Translations under genes and position numbers: made by a program
Notes under the pieces: generated by a model
Seen by the model: only the letters and a program-made list of their open reading frames with translations
What the model was told of the DNA's origin: nothing
Database searches by the model: none
NCBI GenBank assembly: GCA_002718455.1
Contig: PBER01000009.1
Coordinates: 15,879-79,878 of the forward strand
DNA from: Chloroflexota bacterium
GTDB lineage: Bacteria; Chloroflexota; Dehalococcoidia; Lucifugimonadales; Lucifugimonadaceae
Reading direction: 5' to 3'
Length of the DNA: 64,000 nucleotides
Part shown: one piece after another, positions 57,506 to 64,000 of the stretch
How the letters are laid out: each line of letters begins with the position of its first letter
Numbering within the stretch: position 1 is the first letter of the stretch

Positions 57506-59746
57506 CTATTTTGTCATAAAAAATTTATATTCTTTATTTTCAAAAATTAAATCAAAGGATTTAATAAATTCATTTTCATCATATTTATTTTTTAAAATAT
57601 CACTTTTAGAAAGTATCAAATATTTTAAGTTATATTCACTTACAAGTTCCATATTGTTATTTGGATCTTGATAAAACAATTCGATTTTATCTTTAAGGTC
57701 ATTGATGGCCGTACTTGACCCTCTCCACTGAATTTCATGATTAGGCCATCCTAAAATAGTAGCTCGTCCCGTAGATGCTGAAATTAAATTTGATTTAGTA
57801 TAAGCTCTTCCAACCGTTTCTAAAACAATATCTTCTGTTTGAGTATTATTTTTAATAAATGAAATTAATTCTTTTTCCTCATCTATAAGATAAGATAATC
57901 CGTCTAATCCCCTAATCCCTTGATGTTCTTGAAATCTAGAATTAAGTGCTGATATACTCCACCAAATGCTAGGAACAATAAATATTAGAAATACAGATAT
58001 AAAAATAAGTGATGTTTTTTTTGATAAGGATAAATAAACTTTATATAAAAAATAAACAGAAAAAATTGATACTAATAAATATACAAAAAAATAAAATTTA
58101 AAAACAGTATTCATTCTGTTGTTGAATGAATCAACTATAAAAATAAATTCAGTTCCATATACTACCAAAATTCCCGACAAAATAGAAATAGCTATAGTTA
58201 AATCTAAATAATTTTTATTTTCATATTTTTGTTTGATAAAAACGATGAATATAGAAATAATCAAAGAAAAAGAAATTATAATAAATACATAATTTAGAAA
58301 TAGTTCTACATTAAAGACTTTAGTTGACACTAAAGTCAACAATACAGAAAAAAACACAAAAACAATTGAATTTTGCAATAATTCTTTCTTCAAGAAACCA
58401 TTCCTAAATATTTTAATAAGAGAAAATAATAATATAGGTGAAAAAATCAAGGACCAATATATTATCAAATGAACCATTTGAGAAGATACTTTTACAAAAG
58501 ATATAAATGGAAATTTAAGTTGATTAGAAGGGTTCAAAAATAATATTACAATAATCCCAATCAATAAAAGTGGTAAACATTTTTGGATAATACTCTTAAT
58601 AAATACCCAAAGTTTAGTTCCAATATAATATTCGTAAAAAAGTAAATTTAGGAAAAAAAGCCATAATATGGGAATAAGGTACCAGGGATTTATTAATATT
58701 GTGAATAAAAAAATTATAGTTAGTTGAATTATTGACAAATAGTTAAATTCATTATTTTTATAAGCATTTTTGAATATAAAAATTATTAAATATATGGACA
58801 ATAAAACAGAAGGAATAGCCAAAACATGTGGGTGTATATCACCCAAGATTACTGAAAATGCAGGAAATTCATTAATAGTGTAATCACTTAATATAAAATC
58901 GGATCTGTTATAACTTATTATTCGAGAAATAGAAAACCACCACCAATGATCATCAGGCCAAAATAATTTAATCTTTGGCAAATTATCAATTCCATTTATA
59001 TCAATAAATTTATAAAAAGATATATTTCCAATTGATAAATGACTCATAAATTCTATAGAAGAGGCAACGGGAGATAAGAAGAAAATAAAAATAAAAGAAA
59101 ATATAAAGAATAAAATAAAGTTCTTTTTGATCTTTAAATGATCAAAAAGTAATTTTGTAAAATGAATAAGTACTATTGCACTATAAGATATTACTGTAGG
59201 CAATATGAAATTATATGCAACATTTGATTCTAACAAGAGTATTTTAGGTACAGAAGAAAAAACAAAATATCCAAAATAATAATATTTTATATTCTCATTG
59301 TGGAACCATAAATCATCTGGAATAATACTTCGCATATCCATAACAGAAGTTAAAATCATTAACTCCATGATTTTTTCAGTGTGTAAAATGTCAGGATTTA
59401 AAAACCTAATCACTAAAGTTAAAAGAAAAACAATGCAAAATATTAATATATTTCTAAACATTGAAATAGAAAAAATATCAACAAAAGTATCTTTTGAAAT
59501 AAAAAAATGTATCGTGGACAATATTAATAAAAGCAGATATGATGAAATCCACAAATATTGTAAAGGAATAAAATTGATAAACAAAACAGAAAATATAGTT
59601 CCTATCAAAATGAACAGAATAAACCCTAAAAATAAATCAGGAACCTGTAAGAGTTTATTTTGTGATAAATATTTGTTAGATACAAATCCTGGAATGAATA
59701 AAAGGATAAATAATATTAAACAAAGAAATGTATATAAAAAAATCAT
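57506..59746 (-). CDS. Chlor_Arch_YYY (TIGR03662 / DUF2298) family polytopic membrane protein
   Basis: 746 aa and extremely hydrophobic. Contains the diagnostic YYYxG motif (NIKYYYFGYFVF). Confidence 0.7.
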   Translation of the reverse strand: MIFLYTFLCLILFILLFIPGFVSNKYLSQNKLLQVPDLFLGFILFILIGTIFSVLFINFIPLQYLWISSYLLLLILSTIHFFISKDTFVDIFSISMFRNILIFCIVFLLTLVIRFLNPDILHTEKIMELMILTSVMDMRSIIPDDLWFHNENIKYYYFGYFVFSSVPKILLLESNVAYNFILPTVISYSAIVLIHFTKLLFDHLKIKKNFILFFIFSFIFIFFLSPVASSIEFMSHLSIGNISFYKFIDINGIDNLPKIKLFWPDDHWWWFSISRIISYNRSDFILSDYTINEFPAFSVILGDIHPHVLAIPSVLLSIYLIIFIFKNAYKNNEFNYLSIIQLTIIFLFTILINPWYLIPILWLFFLNLLFYEYYIGTKLWVFIKSIIQKCLPLLLIGIIVILFLNPSNQLKFPFISFVKVSSQMVHLIIYWSLIFSPILLFSLIKIFRNGFLKKELLQNSIVFVFFSVLLTLVSTKVFNVELFLNYVFIIISFSLIISIFIVFIKQKYENKNYLDLTIAISILSGILVVYGTEFIFIVDSFNNRMNTVFKFYFFVYLLVSIFSVYFLYKVYLSLSKKTSLIFISVFLIFIVPSIWWSISALNSRFQEHQGIRGLDGLSYLIDEEKELISFIKNNTQTEDIVLETVGRAYTKSNLISASTGRATILGWPNHEIQWRGSSTAINDLKDKIELFYQDPNNNMELVSEYNLKYLILSKSDILKNKYDENEFIKSFDLIFENKEYKFFMTK

Positions 59747-60414
59747 AAAATATTAAAATTATTTAAAGCTATTTCAGCCGCAGATTTTTCAGCATCTACC
59801 TTTCTTTCTCCAGTAGCTTTTCCGTAGGATTTATTATTTATAATTATATTTGTTTCAAAAAGGCCTGAATTATTCATCTCTGTAATATATTCAGGCAAAG
59901 GTATTTTTCTCTCCTGTAATATCTCTTGTAATTTTGATTTTGGGTCATTAAACATTTGTTTTTTTACTATCGAATCAATCTTATAAGACATAAGTTCCAA
60001 CAAAAAGATTTTAGTTTTTTGAATTCCTAATTCTAAACTACAACAACCTATAAAAGATTCAAAAAGATCGCATAAATTAGATTCCTTTATCCTACCATTA
60101 TTTTTTTCTTCACCTTTACCCAAAATCATGTGTTGTTGCAAATCAAGGTTTTTTGCTAAATTAGCTAATGAAGATCTTTGGACAACTAATGATCTTATTT
60201 TTGACATATCACCTTCAGTCAAATTGGGATATTTTTCATAAATATATTCTGCAACAATAAAACTTATCACAGAATCACCTAAAAATTCTAATCTTTCATT
60301 TGATTCTAAATCAGTATTAGACAAATTTTCATTAAGGAAAGAGCTATGAGTAAAAGACATCTTTAGTAATTTACTATTAGAAAGTTCAAGTTTTTTTAAT
60401 AATTGTTCAATCAT
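59743..60414 (-). CDS. rnc: ribonuclease III
   Basis: 223 aa. ERLEFLGDSV signature and a C-terminal dsRBD. Confidence 0.92.
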   Translation of the reverse strand: MIEQLLKKLELSNSKLLKMSFTHSSFLNENLSNTDLESNERLEFLGDSVISFIVAEYIYEKYPNLTEGDMSKIRSLVVQRSSLANLAKNLDLQQHMILGKGEEKNNGRIKESNLCDLFESFIGCCSLELGIQKTKIFLLELMSYKIDSIVKKQMFNDPKSKLQEILQERKIPLPEYITEMNNSGLFETNIIINNKSYGKATGERKVDAEKSAAEIALNNFNIL

Positions 60415-61043
60415 AGAGAATGTTGTTTAGGCCACGGAGGTTGAGGTTTTTTCAGTTCTCCAAAATATGTATTATTGAAAACTATATTTTTCAAGCTCTC
60501 AAAAAATTTTTTAGAATCCGATTTTGGAGGAGTAAATGTTTTTAGAAAAACTGTGTTTCCATCAGAAAATTCGATTGTAGGTGTTCCAAATACACCTTTC
60601 AATTCACCTTCTTCATGACTATCAGCAATAATTTTCAAAGAAGCATCTGAATTTATTTCTTCTTGGAATTTTGATGTAAATAATCCTAATTCTTCAGATA
60701 ATTTATATATAAATTCTCTACTTTTCACATCTTTGTGTTCTACATGTTTTAATTCTAGTAGTTTGTGCATATATTGATAACCTGCTTCCTTAGATATAGA
60801 TCGGGCAGCAATTCCTCCTAAATGAGGCCAGATTCCACGACTAGTATAAGTATTTAAATCTTGATCCCAAGCTTTCCAACTATCTTTGTTTTCAGCGTTA
60901 ACTTGCTCTAATAAAAAAGGTTTCCATTCAATTTCAAGAAAGTCAGTTTCTCTTTCTAAATCAATTAGCCAATAATTGGCTTGTCTTACCCAAGGGCAGG
61001 TATAATCAAAAAATACCTTAATTTTTTCTTTTCTTTCATTCAT
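60411..61043 (-). CDS. DsbA-like thioredoxin-fold protein (monothiol CPWV variant)
   Basis: 210 aa. KVFFDYTCPWVRQ at the position of the DsbA/FrnE CxxC, with the second Cys replaced by Val. Confidence 0.65.
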   Translation of the reverse strand: MNERKEKIKVFFDYTCPWVRQANYWLIDLERETDFLEIEWKPFLLEQVNAENKDSWKAWDQDLNTYTSRGIWPHLGGIAARSISKEAGYQYMHKLLELKHVEHKDVKSREFIYKLSEELGLFTSKFQEEINSDASLKIIADSHEEGELKGVFGTPTIEFSDGNTVFLKTFTPPKSDSKKFFESLKNIVFNNTYFGELKKPQPPWPKQHSL

Positions 61044-61089
61044 TAGGTTTTTTCCTTAAACTTAAATATATATAAAGGATCAAATATTA

Positions 61090-62079
61090 TTGAATAAACA
61101 CAAAACATTAATTCATAAATTCATTCAAAGTAATCCTCATTTAGATTATATTATAAGTTTTTGTAAAAAATTTAAAATCAATAATGAGATTGAAATTTAT
61201 ATAGTTGGAGGTGTGGTAAGAGATATTTTAATGTCAAAAATAAACCGTACAAAATTAGATATTGATTTTGCTATAGATGGAAATATAGAAAATTTTTCTA
61301 ATAGATTGGGTTATGAGCTAGATGCAAAGATTCTACACACTAAACAATTTAACGCTTTTCATATAGAAAATAATGATTATTCTATAGACATAACTCATAC
61401 TAGAAAAGAAACTTATCCTAAATCAGGGAGTTTACCTTTATATGAAAACTCCAATATAACTAGAGATCTGAAAAGAAGAGACATTTCAATTAACAGCATA
61501 GCTTTAGAGATTGACGAGAATGAATATAAAATTATTGATCCATGCAATGGAATCAAAGACATAAAAGATAAATTAATTAAAATCAATCATCCTAATAGTT
61601 TCAGAGATGATCCAACAAGAATATTTAGGTGCATTAAATTTGCTTCTCGTTTAAATTTTGGATTTGAAAGGGAAAGTTTAGATCTACTAGAAAAATCATC
61701 AAGATATTTAGATAATATATCAAATTATAGAAAAAATAATGAACTAAAAAAAATCATTCAAAATGAAATGATCAAAGAATTTCACCTTTTTATAAATAAA
61801 TATAATTTTACTAAATTTTTCCCAAAAAATTTTATGAATAAAATTTCTATGATTGATAAAAAATTCTGGGATAAATCAACTATCGAAGAAAAAATATATT
61901 TCTCTATTTTCGAAGATAATTTGGATAGTAAGTTATTGTTTGTTACAAATCTAGGATTATCAAAACAATCCAAACAAAAAATAATCTATATAGAAAACAT
62001 AAAACAAAGTATTATCAATAATGAATTGAAGATAGGAAAGGAAAAGGAACTTATTTCTAACATATATCATTGTCTATAG
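61090..62079 (+). CDS. tRNA nucleotidyltransferase / poly(A) polymerase family protein (short, CCA-adding-like)
   Basis: 329 aa with a TTG start. Head-domain motifs YIVGGVVRDILM, DIDFAI and RRDISIN. Confidence 0.8.
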   Translation: MNKHKTLIHKFIQSNPHLDYIISFCKKFKINNEIEIYIVGGVVRDILMSKINRTKLDIDFAIDGNIENFSNRLGYELDAKILHTKQFNAFHIENNDYSIDITHTRKETYPKSGSLPLYENSNITRDLKRRDISINSIALEIDENEYKIIDPCNGIKDIKDKLIKINHPNSFRDDPTRIFRCIKFASRLNFGFERESLDLLEKSSRYLDNISNYRKNNELKKIIQNEMIKEFHLFINKYNFTKFFPKNFMNKISMIDKKFWDKSTIEEKIYFSIFEDNLDSKLLFVTNLGLSKQSKQKIIYIENIKQSIINNELKIGKEKELISNIYHCL

Positions 62080-62962
62080 CAAAAGATCTATGTTTTCCAC
62101 CCCATAAAAGTGCTCTGCTTGCTAAACGTTGTCTATGAAATATATATTGTTGAGCATAAGATGATAAATTTCGAAATTTTTTTCTGGCAAAATTACTAGC
62201 AAAAATTGGATTCGTCTTTTTAGGTAATCCGTACCATTTAATTAATCCTGAAAGAACATGCCTATCAACAGGGAAAGAATCTTTTTTATCTAGTGAATAA
62301 GCAAGTATACAATCTGCTATTTTTCTTCCTACTCCATGAATTTTCAATAATTCATTTAAGGCAATTTTATATGGTACATCTTTCAGATAATCGAATGATA
62401 AATCTTCATTTAAAATCATGTCCGCAGCATTAATTATGTACGGTGATCTAAACCCAAAACCTAATTTTCTCAATTCGTCTTCACCTAAATATAATATATC
62501 TTCTGGTTTTGGAAAAATTCCACCTGACACTTTTCTTAATTGAGTCATATGTTTTTTTATCATTGGCAAATTTGAACAAGATGAAGTTATAAAACCTATA
62601 GTTGCTTCCCAAGGATCTTGTTTTAAAATTCTTAATCCAGGATATTTTTTTATTACAGGAGAAATGATTTCATCGTTCAATAAAACTTCGAAACCTTCAA
62701 TTTTCTTTGCAGGTTCACCTAAATATTTTTGCAATCTAAAAGTAAAATTATTATCAAAATTATCAGAAAAAACAGTTACACATATTTTATTTTCCTTCTG
62801 TTCTAAATGCAATTTTATATCTTCAAAAAATCCTTCAAATATGATGTTCCCTCTTTTGGAAATATCTTCCCACATAAAAGATTGACCAGCATCTAAAGTG
62901 TTTCTTAAATCTATAGTTTCTTCAATATCAAATATATTTTTGATTTCAGTTATATTTTTCAT
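62057..62962 (-). CDS. 8-oxoguanine DNA glycosylase (OGG, HhH-GPD superfamily)
   Basis: 301 aa. HhH motif HGVGRKIADCIL followed by PVDRHV. N-terminal OGG_N-like region. Confidence 0.8.
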   Translation of the reverse strand: MKNITEIKNIFDIEETIDLRNTLDAGQSFMWEDISKRGNIIFEGFFEDIKLHLEQKENKICVTVFSDNFDNNFTFRLQKYLGEPAKKIEGFEVLLNDEIISPVIKKYPGLRILKQDPWEATIGFITSSCSNLPMIKKHMTQLRKVSGGIFPKPEDILYLGEDELRKLGFGFRSPYIINAADMILNEDLSFDYLKDVPYKIALNELLKIHGVGRKIADCILAYSLDKKDSFPVDRHVLSGLIKWYGLPKKTNPIFASNFARKKFRNLSSYAQQYIFHRQRLASRALLWGGKHRSFAIDNDIC

Positions 62963-63347
62963 AACTAATAGAGATTAATATTGGACATATAATACTTATA
63001 ACTATCATAGAAAATAAAACAATGAAGAAAATGTGTTTATAATTAATTTTTTCTATAAAGTTTACGATGAATGAAAAAACTATCATTAATAAAAATATTA
63101 GAAAGCAAATAAGTAAGTAATTCGTTATTTTTCCATTAATTTCTGGAAAGGTATAAAAATAAAAACCAATTAAAAAATAAATGAACCCATAATAAAAGAA
63201 AGATGACAAATTGATTAAAATTAGACGTCTTAAATCCGTATAGTTTTCTTCTTTTTCAAAAAATAATATTTTATAAACTGAATAGTATGACGAGAAGAAT
63301 AACCAATTTATCAACATCAAAATTAATACTAAAGCAAAAATATACAT
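62946..63347 (-). CDS. hypothetical membrane protein
   Basis: 133 aa with 4 TM-like segments. Overlaps ispE by 1 nt and ogg by 17 nt, on the same strand. Confidence 0.5.
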   Translation of the reverse strand: MYIFALVLILMLINWLFFSSYYSVYKILFFEKEENYTDLRRLILINLSSFFYYGFIYFLIGFYFYTFPEINGKITNYLLICFLIFLLMIVFSFIVNFIEKINYKHIFFIVLFSMIVISIICPILISISYEKYN

Positions 63348-64000
63348 TATAAATTATCAACTACAATACATTTAACTTCTAAATTAGATTCAATTTTCTT
63401 CTTCCAAAATGTTGCAGAATTATCATTAAATATTGAGTAATACGTTGGTCCAGCACCAGTTAAATTCAGAGAATTTAATTCTAAATTTTTTATTATGTTT
63501 TTAAATGATTTTAAAGTGGGAAATATTTGTAACGCCGAGCTTTCCAAACCGTTAAATAAATTGTAAGATATTTGTTTTTTTTCTTTTATCATAGAAATTG
63601 TTTTCATAGTTCTTGATCCATCTGAATAAGTTGAAACATTATCATAAATTGTAGCTGTTTTTTGATCGAGATCAACGTTTGGGCATATTAGTAAAATTTG
63701 ATTGAAAGATGGTCTAGGAATTTCATGTATTATTTCACCTCTTCCTTCAACAATTGCAGTATTATGTGAAATGAAAAAAGGAACGTCTGAACCAAAATTA
63801 AGGCCTATTTTTTTCATTTCCTCAGTTGTTAGTTTCAAATTCCATAATTTATTAATGCCTTTAATTACGGATGCAGCATTAGAAGATCCTCCTCCAAGTC
63901 CAGAGGAATATGGTATATTTTTCTTCACTTCAATCCTTATAGGTAAATTTTTATATTGTTTTTGCATAAATGACACAACTTTTTTTATTATGTTGTCATT
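63347..64000 (-). CDS. ispE: 4-diphosphocytidyl-2-C-methyl-D-erythritol kinase (N-terminus beyond the window end)
   Basis: GHMP-kinase motif IPYSSGLGGGSSNAASV. The reading frame stays open upstream of the track's Met to position 64000. Confidence 0.85.
   Translation of the reverse strand, partial: NDNIIKKVVSFMQKQYKNLPIRIEVKKNIPYSSGLGGGSSNAASVIKGINKLWNLKLTTEEMKKIGLNFGSDVPFFISHNTAIVEGRGEIIHEIPRPSFNQILLICPNVDLDQKTATIYDNVSTYSDGSRTMKTISMIKEKKQISYNLFNGLESSALQIFPTLKSFKNIIKNLELNSLNLTGAGPTYYSIFNDNSATFWKKKIESNLEVKCIVVDNL

Noticed and set aside
1-64000. CRISPR arrays, IS elements, prophage, toxin-antitoxin or defence islands
   Set aside because: No spaced direct repeats, transposase, integrase or recombinase-like ORFs, and no compositionally deviant segments were seen anywhere in the window.

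Overview
AT-rich (roughly 30% G+C by eye), very gene-dense bacterial chromosomal segment with about 65 protein genes and one tRNA. I saw no rRNA, CRISPR array, transposase, integrase or phage genes, and only one convincing intrinsic terminator hairpin. Most of it is housekeeping and central metabolism. This includes mutL, pyrD, the block alaS-ruvX-aroE-aroC-aroK-aroB, a second aromatic block tyrA-aroA-gmk, rnd, rmuC, coaE, trxA, rnc, a cca-family gene, ogg and ispE. These are interleaved with accessory catabolic modules: an aldonate dehydratase plus three dehydrogenases, glycerate kinase with LhgO, an enolase-superfamily/crotonase/CoA-transferase III set, and an ADH/aminotransferase/ornithine-cyclodeaminase set. 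The ends of the 6026, 32706 and 45285 track ORFs, and the starts I trimmed, were adjusted using Shine-Dalgarno context. Six things deserve a second look. (1) A seven-gene corrinoid methyl-transfer operon (19141-24745, plus a trailing dehydrogenase). It combines a homocysteine S-methyltransferase-domain protein, an MtaA/UroD-family methyltransferase, a corrinoid protein and a RACo-type reductive activase with three uncharacterised small or medium ORFs. It has no recognisable pterin-binding or MttB/MtaB-type module. (2) A tRNA with anticodon UCA and tRNA-Sec architecture (45462-45553, minus strand), embedded in an mRNA operon. (3) Beside that tRNA, an orphan NuoEFG/FDH-like module whose molybdopterin active site appears lost. 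(4) A conserved but functionally unknown membrane cluster (YYYxG-motif DUF2298 protein, a TIGR03663-like GT-C-like protein, a flippase-like protein and an FAD oxidoreductase). (5) A CurA/PTGR-type oxidoreductase interrupted by a single in-frame TAA. (6) Extreme gene packing, with many overlapping genes and TTG starts. The family content (YYY/TIGR03663 pair, many enolase/CaiB/SDR paralog types, bacterial housekeeping genes) suggests a streamlined marine Chloroflexota-like genome. That is inference only. All family names come from motif recognition by eye and from memory, not from searches.
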